Source of the DNA: Candidatus Iainarchaeum sp.
GTDB lineage: Archaea; Iainarchaeota; Iainarchaeia; Iainarchaeales; DTGL01
DNA: 64,000 nt
Direction: 5' to 3'
NCBI GenBank assembly: GCA_026413945.1
Contig: JAOAJX010000004.1
Location: 32,483-96,482 of the forward strand
The notes beneath the pieces are model-generated. The model did no database searches. It saw nothing but the letters and a program-made list of their open reading frames with translations, and was not told the origin of the DNA. Numbering within the stretch: position 1 is the first letter of the stretch; each line of letters begins with the position of its first letter. This document shows positions 56,860-64,000 of the stretch, piece after piece. A program made the position numbers and the translations under genes.

Positions 56860-57151
56860 CTTGGGTCTTTTAGAGGAACTTAAATTAAGAGTAGAAAAAT
56901 ATGAAAAACTCACAGCTGAGGCCATTGAAAAAATAAAGATTGTTGCAAAAAAAGGCACGAAAGAATATGATCTTGCTGAGAAATTCATTGAGGTTGCTAA
57001 GGCTTACTTTAGCGATGCAAAATATTACGCAAGCAAAGGCGACAATGTAACGGCCCTTGCAGCTTTTTCTTACGCTCATGCTTGGCTTGATGCCGGGATT
57101 AAGGCAGGTTTTTTAAAGGGTGAAAACGAAAGATTATTTATGCAGCCGTGA
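56810..57151 (+). CDS. Conserved archaeal hypothetical protein (DUF357-like)
   Basis: 'AAFSYAHAWLDAGIKAGF'; the start is probably internal to avoid the dphB overlap. Confidence 0.3.
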   Translation: MTMKGKPLKHCMERRFSLGLLEELKLRVEKYEKLTAEAIEKIKIVAKKGTKEYDLAEKFIEVAKAYFSDAKYYASKGDNVTALAAFSYAHAWLDAGIKAGFLKGENERLFMQP

Positions 57152-57620
57152 TGTTATGGGCATATATGACTCAGAGAAAATGTTTTCATTTGGGATAGAT
57201 TCAAAAAAAGCAGCTTATATTGGGTTGGCTGCTTTGTCTGTTGTATTTGTTGTGCTTTTAGCGATATTCTTGTCTTCAGCGCTAAACCAGGCAATAGAAG
57301 CACGTTTTCAGGATAATCCTCTTTTGATTTCACAAAGAAAGTACACTCTGCTTGAAGTCAAGGTAACAAATGTTACTGACAGTGATGCAAGAGGTGTTGA
57401 AATTGTGGTTTCTGCGAGGGATAAAAGCGCTATAGCAGTCGGACACGGAACGGAAGATAGGAAGACAATAAGCACAATAGAGCGTGGGCAGTACAGAATT
57501 TTAAATTTTCTTGTCACGCCTTTGGAGGGGATAAACGAGGGCAGCTACATCTTAGATATAAAAGCAAATATTAACAATAAAACCTTTACAAAAGAAGCAA
57601 AAATTACAGTGAAGCGTTGA
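57120..57620 (+). CDS. Hypothetical membrane-anchored protein
   Basis: Single TM helix followed by a beta-rich ectodomain. Confidence 0.3.
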   Translation: MKTKDYLCSRDVMGIYDSEKMFSFGIDSKKAAYIGLAALSVVFVVLLAIFLSSALNQAIEARFQDNPLLISQRKYTLLEVKVTNVTDSDARGVEIVVSARDKSAIAVGHGTEDRKTISTIERGQYRILNFLVTPLEGINEGSYILDIKANINNKTFTKEAKITVKR

Positions 57621-57662
57621 TACTTAACTCTTTGTGTTGCCCTCACTGCTAAAATAATTTGC

Positions 57663-58385
57663 TTAATGTAAAAGTTTAATGATTCTCTTTATCAGTGAAC
57701 GCATTATTCTTGGCAAACGAATTCTATCAACAGATTCAAACAAATTTTTTAGCATTAGTATGTAGTTGTTTCTGATTCGATCTTTCAAGCTATTTTTTTC
57801 TACTTTTTGGGCAATAGTGATAGTGTCAATAAAATCCACGTTTTTAAAATGTTTTGATCTGTAGACAAAATCCTCAACAACTTTTTTGGGACCTGGCCAG
57901 CAAGTAGTATCATGGAAAGCCATTATGCCACCTTCAATAACTTTAGGGAACCAAATATCAAGATCAAGCTTTACTAACTCATACTCATGAGCGCCATCGA
58001 TGAAAATTAGCCCCACTTTTTCCTCAAAATCTTTTGCTGCATCTTCAGAAGTTTTAACAATTGGCACGACGATATCATCAACTTTTGCTTTTTCAATGTT
58101 CTTTTTAAATTCTTCAAATGTCCAGATCTTCTCACCTTGTTTTTGGTGCTCAGAAGATCCAGTGTGGGGATCAATTGCATAAACCTTGGCTTTCTTTCCT
58201 CTTTTGGAACCTTTGGCTAACCACACAGTAGATTTCCCTTTCCAAGAGCCAATCTCAACAATGACGCCTTGGCCTTTGCAATCCTTTGCTAAACTAAAAA
58301 GAAGTTCCCCCTCTCTTTCAGTAAGAAATCCTTCAATTTTTCTTGTAATTTTTTTCACTTTTTCAATGTCATCGTTTTTCATCAT
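57663..58385 (-). CDS. Class I SAM-dependent methyltransferase (Methyltransf_24/O-MTase-like)
   Basis: 'VIVEIGSWKGKST' motif I and an acidic motif II 'VYAIDPH'. Confidence 0.5.
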   Translation of the reverse strand: MMKNDDIEKVKKITRKIEGFLTEREGELLFSLAKDCKGQGVIVEIGSWKGKSTVWLAKGSKRGKKAKVYAIDPHTGSSEHQKQGEKIWTFEEFKKNIEKAKVDDIVVPIVKTSEDAAKDFEEKVGLIFIDGAHEYELVKLDLDIWFPKVIEGGIMAFHDTTCWPGPKKVVEDFVYRSKHFKNVDFIDTITIAQKVEKNSLKDRIRNNYILMLKNLFESVDRIRLPRIMRSLIKRIIKLLH

Positions 58386-58436
58386 TTATTTTTCCAAAGT
58401 TTATGTTTATAAATTGTACTTATTGTTCTTTTAATT

Positions 58437-58928
58437 GTGAATCATTCAATAAAGGTTGGCTTCAGCTTTGGGCTTACATCCGCAGTAATAACTACGCTAG
58501 GCCTAATGATGGGGCTCTATGCAAGCACAGAATCAAAGGCAGTTGTTATAAGTGGCGTTTTACTCATAGCAACTGCTGACGCATTATCAGATTCTTTAGG
58601 AATACATCTTTCGGAAGAGGCGGAGAGTAAGCATACTAAAAAAGAAGTATGGCAGTCAACATTTTCTACATTTATTTTCAAATTCCTCTTTGCATGTGTG
58701 TTTGTCCTGCCGTTATTAATATTTGATCTATACCTTGCTGTTATTGTAAACATAATTCTTGGCTTCTTTATGCTCGGAATATTCAGCTATGCGATTGCTT
58801 CAGAGCAGAATATTAAGCGCATATTAGTTGTCATTGAGCACTTTGCAGTTGCAATCTTGGTGCTAATACTTACATACCTTATAGGCCACTTTATTAACTG
58901 CTGGGTTGAGAGCAAACCAAACATTTAA
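58437..58928 (+). CDS. Hypothetical membrane protein (possible VIT1/CCC1-like)
   Basis: Four or five TM helices; weak similarity only. Confidence 0.3.
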   Translation: MNHSIKVGFSFGLTSAVITTLGLMMGLYASTESKAVVISGVLLIATADALSDSLGIHLSEEAESKHTKKEVWQSTFSTFIFKFLFACVFVLPLLIFDLYLAVIVNIILGFFMLGIFSYAIASEQNIKRILVVIEHFAVAILVLILTYLIGHFINCWVESKPNI

Positions 58929-58953
58929 ATTTATTACTGCTGATTTTAAGTTT

Positions 58954-59508
58954 ATGGTTCTGAAAGAAGTCAGGATTCATGGTCGTGGTGGCCAAGGTGC
59001 AGTGACAAGCAGCCAAGTGCTTGCAGTGGCTGCATTCTATGACGGGAAATATTGCCAAGCATTCCCAAGCTTTGGTGTTGAAAGGCGTGGCGCGCCTGTT
59101 GAAGCATTCACAAGAATATCTGACAAGCCAATATTGGCAAGAAATCATGTTTATGCTCCTGATTTTGTTTTGGTTTTGGACCCAACATTGGCTGATTGTG
59201 TAGACGTTGGCAAAGGCCTGAAAAAAGACGGTATTGTCATAATAAACACTAACAAAAGCGCTAAGGATTTCGAAGGCAAGATTGGTGGAAAGGTTGTGAC
59301 TGTTGATATGACAAAGGTTGCAATGGATATAATAGGAAAACCTTTTGTAAACATAATTGCTCTAGGCGCTTTTGCAGCAATTACCAAAGAAATAAAGCTC
59401 GAAAGCGTCTTTAAGGCAATAGACCAAGAATTTTCACACAAAAAGGAAGTTGGGGAGCTAAATAAGAAGGCAGCAGAAGAACTCTACAAAAAGGTCAAGG
59501 GTGTCTAA
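58954..59508 (+). CDS. porG: Pyruvate/2-oxoacid:ferredoxin oxidoreductase gamma subunit
   Basis: 'VRIHGRGGQGAVTSSQVLA...FGVERRGAPV'. Confidence 0.8.
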   Translation: MVLKEVRIHGRGGQGAVTSSQVLAVAAFYDGKYCQAFPSFGVERRGAPVEAFTRISDKPILARNHVYAPDFVLVLDPTLADCVDVGKGLKKDGIVIINTNKSAKDFEGKIGGKVVTVDMTKVAMDIIGKPFVNIIALGAFAAITKEIKLESVFKAIDQEFSHKKEVGELNKKAAEELYKKVKGV

Positions 59509-59802
59509 ATGGCAAAAAGTACTTGTGGTAAGGATAAGATGGAATTTACTATTGGTGCAGTTATAAAAGATCCTGGCTCCACAATAAAAAACAAGACAGG
59601 TGGCTGGAGATCCTTTAGGCCAATAATTGATCAGACAAAGTGTGTAAAATGCGGAAATTGTTGGGTTTTCTGCCCAGACAATTCGATTAAGAAAAACGAA
59701 GATGGAACATTCAGCATAGATTATGATTATTGCAAGGGCTGTGGCATCTGCGCAAATGAGTGTCCGCTCAAGGCAATAAGGATGGAAACCGAAAGCAAGT
59801 AG
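59509..59802 (+). CDS. porD: Pyruvate/2-oxoacid:ferredoxin oxidoreductase delta subunit (2x[4Fe-4S])
   Basis: 'CVKCGNCWVFCP' and 'CKGCGICANECP'. Confidence 0.85.
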   Translation: MAKSTCGKDKMEFTIGAVIKDPGSTIKNKTGGWRSFRPIIDQTKCVKCGNCWVFCPDNSIKKNEDGTFSIDYDYCKGCGICANECPLKAIRMETESK

Positions 59803-59820
59803 TTTTTCGAAGGTGTTTAT

Positions 59821-60963
59821 ATGACAGAAATGGTTGTTGAAGCGAGCAAAGCTATTGCGCTTGCAGCAAAGCTTTGCAGGCCAAAGGTTATTCCGATGTA
59901 TCCCATCACCCCACAAACGCACATTGTTGAAAACCTTGCAGAGATAATAAATAACGGCGAACTTGATGCTGAAATCATACATGCGGAATCAGAGCATAGC
60001 GCTTGTTCTGCACTTCTTGGGGCACAAGCATCCGGCATTAGAACATTTAGTGCAACTGCATCTCAAGGATTAGCTCTTATGTTTGAGGTTTTGCCGATAG
60101 TTGCTGGAAATAGAATGCCTTGTGTGATGGCTGTTGCAAATAGAGCTTTAAGTGCGCCAATAAATATATGGAATGACCATAGCGATGCAGTATCTGTAAG
60201 AGATCAGGGATGGATTCAAATTTATGTTGAATCAACTCAGGAAGCGATAGATACATTAATACAGCTTTACAGGGTTTGTGAAAGCAAGGAGGTTATGCTG
60301 CCAGGCATGCTTTGCATAGATGGCTTTACTCTTAGTCACGTATATGAACGCGCTTTTGTACCTGACCAAAGCGAAGTAGATGAATTCTTGCCTGAATACA
60401 AACCTTTGAATATTCTTGATCCCGCAAACCCAATAACGATGGGGCCAATAGCTTTTCCCAATTCATATATGGAATTCAAAAAGATGCAGCACGAGGCAAT
60501 GCTGTTAGCTAAAAAAGAGATAGAAAAAGCAAACCAAGAGTTTGGAAAGAAGTTTGGTAGAAAATATGGGAATGGACTTATAGAAACATATAGAATGGAA
60601 GATGCAAAATATGCGATAATTGGCATGGGAACATTAATTGGCACAGCACGCACTGTTGTCGATAAGCTACGTGAAAAGAAGAAAAAGGTTGGACTCATAA
60701 AGCTAAGATCATTAAGGCCTTTCCCAGATGAAAAGCTCAGAAAAGCAATAGAAGGCCTTAAAGGACTAGCAGTCATAGATAGGCACATTTCTGTTGGTTA
60801 CGAAGGCCCCTTGTATACTGACTTGCGCTCAGCTTTTTACGGTTCTAAGCTCACGTTAAGCAACTATATTGCTGGTCTTGGTGGCAGAGACATAACAGCA
60901 GCACATATTGAAAAGGTTTTTATAGACCTTATGAATGGAAAAAGTGGAGGCTGGCTATTATGA
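59821..60963 (+). CDS. porA: Pyruvate/2-oxoacid:ferredoxin oxidoreductase alpha subunit
   Basis: 'VIPMYPITPQT' N-terminus and domain III pattern. Confidence 0.85.
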   Translation: MTEMVVEASKAIALAAKLCRPKVIPMYPITPQTHIVENLAEIINNGELDAEIIHAESEHSACSALLGAQASGIRTFSATASQGLALMFEVLPIVAGNRMPCVMAVANRALSAPINIWNDHSDAVSVRDQGWIQIYVESTQEAIDTLIQLYRVCESKEVMLPGMLCIDGFTLSHVYERAFVPDQSEVDEFLPEYKPLNILDPANPITMGPIAFPNSYMEFKKMQHEAMLLAKKEIEKANQEFGKKFGRKYGNGLIETYRMEDAKYAIIGMGTLIGTARTVVDKLREKKKKVGLIKLRSLRPFPDEKLRKAIEGLKGLAVIDRHISVGYEGPLYTDLRSAFYGSKLTLSNYIAGLGGRDITAAHIEKVFIDLMNGKSGGWLL

Positions 60964-61856
60964 TTAGAGGTCTTCCAGAAGAAGAATATTTTGCTTCTGG
61001 GCATAGAGCTTGTGCTGGCTGTGGTGGTGCAATTGCAATAAGACATGTAACTAAAGCAGCCGGTCCAAACACAATAATAGTTCAAGCAACCGGATGCATG
61101 GAGGTTGTAAGCACACCTTACCCAGAAACCGCTTGGAAATTGCCATATATCCACAGCGCCTTTGACAATAATGCAGCTGTTGCTTCCGGCATAGAAGCAG
61201 CTCTTAAAAAAGCTGGGAAGAAAGTCAACATAATTGTTTTTGGTGGAGACGGTGCCACCTTTGATATAGGCTTTGGTGCATTAAGCGGTGCCTTGGAAAG
61301 AGGCCACAATTTTCTTTATGTTTGCAACGACAACGATGCTTATATGAACACGGGAATACAAAGAAGTGGTGCAACACCAAAGTATGCGCATACAACAACA
61401 AGTCCTGCTGGCAAAGTAATTCCTGGAAAAATTCAGTTCAAAAAACCCTTGCCATTTATAATAGCTTCACATCGTTCGCCGTATGTAGCAACAGCAAGCA
61501 TTCATGATATAAACGACCTTTATGCAAAAGTTAGAAGGGGGCTCTCGATTGGGGGGCCTTGCTATTTGCAGGTTTATAGTCCTTGCGTACCTGGGTGGGG
61601 GTATGATACTGCAAAGACGGTGGAAATTGCAAAGCTTGCAGTTGAAACAAAATATTACCCTCTGTATGAGATTGAAAATGGCATACTCCGGATAACACAT
61701 AAGCCAAGTGAGAATAAGTCTATTGAGTCGTACTTAAAAATGCAGGCAAGGTTTAAGCACCTTAGCCCAGAACAGATAAGAGAAGTCCAGGCAGCAGTTG
61801 ATAACGAGTGGGCTCGGCTGCTTGAAATGGAAGAAAAGAAGTGCAAACTTTACTAA
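60960..61856 (+). CDS. porB: Pyruvate/2-oxoacid:ferredoxin oxidoreductase beta subunit (TPP-binding)
   Basis: 'GHRACAGCGGAI' and the 'GGDGATFDIGFGAL' TPP motif. Confidence 0.85.
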   Translation: MIRGLPEEEYFASGHRACAGCGGAIAIRHVTKAAGPNTIIVQATGCMEVVSTPYPETAWKLPYIHSAFDNNAAVASGIEAALKKAGKKVNIIVFGGDGATFDIGFGALSGALERGHNFLYVCNDNDAYMNTGIQRSGATPKYAHTTTSPAGKVIPGKIQFKKPLPFIIASHRSPYVATASIHDINDLYAKVRRGLSIGGPCYLQVYSPCVPGWGYDTAKTVEIAKLAVETKYYPLYEIENGILRITHKPSENKSIESYLKMQARFKHLSPEQIREVQAAVDNEWARLLEMEEKKCKLY

Positions 61857-62428
61857 TCGTGAGCCTTAATTAAAAAATCGTGTTTCAGGATTGCAAAATG
61901 CCACTCATTTTGGAACTTTCCACATTTAAATTTTGATTCCCTTGAAAGGCCTTCGTAACTGAAACCGCACTTCTCAAGAACTCTCCTAGAAGCAATGTTG
62001 CCCTCAAATACATTTGCCTGAATTCGATGTAGCTTAAGATGCTTAAAGCCAAAGTTAAGCATTAACATTACAGCCTCACTCATAATTCCTTTCCCTCTAT
62101 ATCTTTTTCCCAGCCAGTAGCCAAGCTCTGCACTCTTATGCTCTCGATCTAACTTAAAGAGATCTACAACACCTATTGCCTTGTCAGATTTTTTATCTGC
62201 TATTACAAAAGCAAACCTTTTGCCTTTGCGAAGGTAATACTTTGCCCTTCTCACAAATCTCTCTGCTTCTTCTTTTGGGTAAGGCTTGGGTATTGTTATT
62301 GTCCTGCGGTAAAGTTCTAGATCGCCAACGTTTTCATAAATTCTTGCTGCATCGCTTTTCTTAGGAGCCCTTATTCTTATTCTTTTACCATCAAAACAAA
62401 GCTTGCTCTTGTGAGGCATAGAGAACAT
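61853..62428 (-). CDS. GNAT family N-acetyltransferase (RimJ/RimL-like)
   Basis: 'LGYWLGKRYRGKGIMSEAV' acetyl-CoA-binding motif. Confidence 0.7.
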   Translation of the reverse strand: MFSMPHKSKLCFDGKRIRIRAPKKSDAARIYENVGDLELYRRTITIPKPYPKEEAERFVRRAKYYLRKGKRFAFVIADKKSDKAIGVVDLFKLDREHKSAELGYWLGKRYRGKGIMSEAVMLMLNFGFKHLKLHRIQANVFEGNIASRRVLEKCGFSYEGLSRESKFKCGKFQNEWHFAILKHDFLIKAHD

Positions 62429-62481
62429 AAAACCAAAAAAACTTTTAATTGTTCTGAGGACATATTTTTATGTGGTTTTAA

Positions 62482-62988
62482 TTGGTGGGAAAAAGGCATC
62501 AATATAGAAAGGCAAGACAGCCAAATTTTGGAAGAGTAAAAAAATGGCTCGAAGAGACCGGCATTAACAAAGAAATTGAGAGGTATGCTAGGAAGGTTGC
62601 TAAAAGGCCGAAATTGAATATTAGTGAAATGAAAAATCCCATAGAAGAAGTGATGAGAATAATTACAACCCATGGAGTAAGATGGCCAATAGAAAGAGAG
62701 CTTTCAGCAAAAGGAAGGGCTGGTCAATACTTCTACGAAGCCTCATTAGTAAGGGAGGATCGCTATAAAATAAGAACCCTGATTAGATCTGCGCTTGATG
62801 AGTTGCCAAGGAAAGAGTGGAGGCCATTTCTGAGTGCGCTTTTAGAACATGCGAAAAAACAGAGGGAAGCAGAAACAGAAAATTACAAGAAATCAGAAAA
62901 CAAAAGAGACATGCTTTTGCATGCGCGGAAATCCAACATAGCTTTAGGCATAGAAATGGTTTGCATAAGGATGTTGAAATTGATTTAA
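62482..62988 (+). CDS. Hypothetical basic protein
   Basis: 168-aa ORF with a K/R-rich N-terminus; no motif recognised. Confidence 0.3.
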   Translation: MVGKRHQYRKARQPNFGRVKKWLEETGINKEIERYARKVAKRPKLNISEMKNPIEEVMRIITTHGVRWPIERELSAKGRAGQYFYEASLVREDRYKIRTLIRSALDELPRKEWRPFLSALLEHAKKQREAETENYKKSENKRDMLLHARKSNIALGIEMVCIRMLKLI

Positions 62989-63003
62989 CCGCACTTTAAT
63001 GGC

Positions 63004-63588
63004 TCAACTTTTATCTAGTTGAATTCTGCTTATCGCTGGCCCTACATTCTTGCAGTATTTTGAGCTTTTCCTTTTGTTGTAAGGTGTTTCACATTCGCTT
63101 GTGAGAGTCTCAAATGTCAGCCGGCATATCTTCATGCCAGGCCATAGCTGGACTGGAACTCTTGCTATATTCGTCATCTCAAGAGTGATGTTGCCTTCAA
63201 AACCTGGGTCTATGCTGCCAGCTGTTGAATGCACAATTATACCTAAGCGCCCTAGCGAAGATCTCCCATCAAGGCGTGCCATAAGATCATCTGGCAGTCT
63301 CACATATTCTTTGGTAACGGCGAGCGCAAATTCATTTGGGTGTATTATGAATGGTTTTCCTTTTGGGATTCTTATTAATTCAGTTAATTTCTCACTTATG
63401 CCTTTGTTAGTGTCTATATGAGTTACCTCACTATGCCTGAAAACCCTGAAAAGGTTTCCAAGAGTTAGGTCTACGCTTGCAGGCCCTATATTATCAGCCG
63501 AAAGACCTTTAATGATGATATGTTTTTCGCGAATTGCCTTTTTTATATCAATATCACTGAGCACAGTCATAAAAACACCCAAAAACAC
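63004..63588 (-). CDS. dcd: dCTP deaminase
   Basis: 'LSDIDIKKAI', 'PASVDLTLG' and 'GRSSLGRLGIIVHSTAGSIDPGFEGNITLE'. Confidence 0.8.
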   Translation of the reverse strand: MFLGVFMTVLSDIDIKKAIREKHIIIKGLSADNIGPASVDLTLGNLFRVFRHSEVTHIDTNKGISEKLTELIRIPKGKPFIIHPNEFALAVTKEYVRLPDDLMARLDGRSSLGRLGIIVHSTAGSIDPGFEGNITLEMTNIARVPVQLWPGMKICRLTFETLTSECETPYNKRKSSKYCKNVGPAISRIQLDKS

Positions 63589-63617
63589 TCCTAAATATCT
63601 TGGAAAAAATTATTAAA

Positions 63618-64000
63618 TCAATGTTTTCCCGACCTCAAAAAAGAAATTACTTTTTCCTTAAATTCTAATAATTTTTCCCTTGGTATTTTTCCAGCGGCGG
63701 CAGGAATATGGCCGCCAGCGGTAGCACCCTTTATTCCAACTATTGCATTTTCGAGAAGAGAGTTCATTGGAACTTTAAAATCTTGACGTCTAGCAGAAAA
63801 CCTTATTTCATAACCGCCGAGGTCTTCTGCAATTATTATAGTTTTATCTGGAATTTCTTTTGTAAGTGAATCAATTAGCATTGATTTTATTCTATACTTT
63901 GGCTTTATCGTAAAAAAATAAAGCCCTTCTTTTTCGTGAAACTCAGCGTTTTTGTAAAATTCCTTTTTCCATAAGGCAAGTTCTTCCAAAGCTTTTTGGC
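63618..64000 (-). CDS. DHH/DHHA1-family protein, C-terminal fragment (gene continues beyond window end)
   Basis: 'GATAGGHIPAAAG' DHHA1 GGGH motif; the ORF is open to the window edge. Confidence 0.5.
   Translation of the reverse strand, partial: QKALEELALWKKEFYKNAEFHEKEGLYFFTIKPKYRIKSMLIDSLTKEIPDKTIIIAEDLGGYEIRFSARRQDFKVPMNSLLENAIVGIKGATAGGHIPAAAGKIPREKLLEFKEKVISFLRSGKH

Noticed and set aside
1-64000. CRISPR arrays, rRNA genes and inteins
   Set aside because: No spacer-repeat periodicity, no rRNA-like conserved blocks, and no intein-sized insertions were seen in AlaRS, Top6B, Acs or other large genes.

Overview
Read by eye, this window looks like an AT-rich archaeal chromosomal segment, with a guess of roughly 35-40% GC. 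The archaeal hallmarks are a tRNA-Ser carrying a 63-nt bulge-helix-bulge intron, topoisomerase VI A/B, aIF1A and aIF2beta, a RIO kinase, a KEOPS Pcc1, an RNase P Pop5, a class III signal peptide pilin, and the proteasome/exosome superoperon (psmA-SBDS-rrp4-rrp41-rrp42-L37ae-rpoP-pcc1-pfdB). The small-genome gene content, with bacterial-type adenylate kinase and Acs, suggests an uncultivated, possibly DPANN-like lineage, but that cannot be proven from the sequence alone. Most of the window is housekeeping: alaS, acs, glnA, trm5, dphB, dcd, cdd, adk, scpA, nfo, a porGDAB pyruvate/2-oxoacid:ferredoxin oxidoreductase operon, and transporters (CaCA, CPA2, MgtE, DedA). There are also several large secreted or surface proteins: an S8 subtilase, a Cys-rich PKD protein, and an HExxH metalloprotease. 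Two regions deserve a second look. (1) An accessory-looking patch at about 2.8-7.3 kb, between alaS and rpl10e/tRNA-Cys, holds an IS-transposase remnant, a ribbon-helix-helix (RHH) protein, a GC-rich non-coding island, a 599-aa ORF fusing a radical SAM core to a C-terminal EVE/PUA-like modified-base-reader domain, a tyrosine recombinase and a pilin-like gene. The radical SAM-EVE fusion is the best candidate for an undescribed system. (2) An hydC-hydB-hydA operon encodes a trimeric [FeFe]-hydrogenase with diagnostic H-cluster motifs; this is rare in archaea, and no HydE/F/G maturases are present in the window. No CRISPR array and no rRNA were seen. Three tRNAs (Cys-GCA, Ser-GGA with intron, Arg-TCT) and one sub-60-aa gene (rpoP) missing from the ORF track were found by hand.
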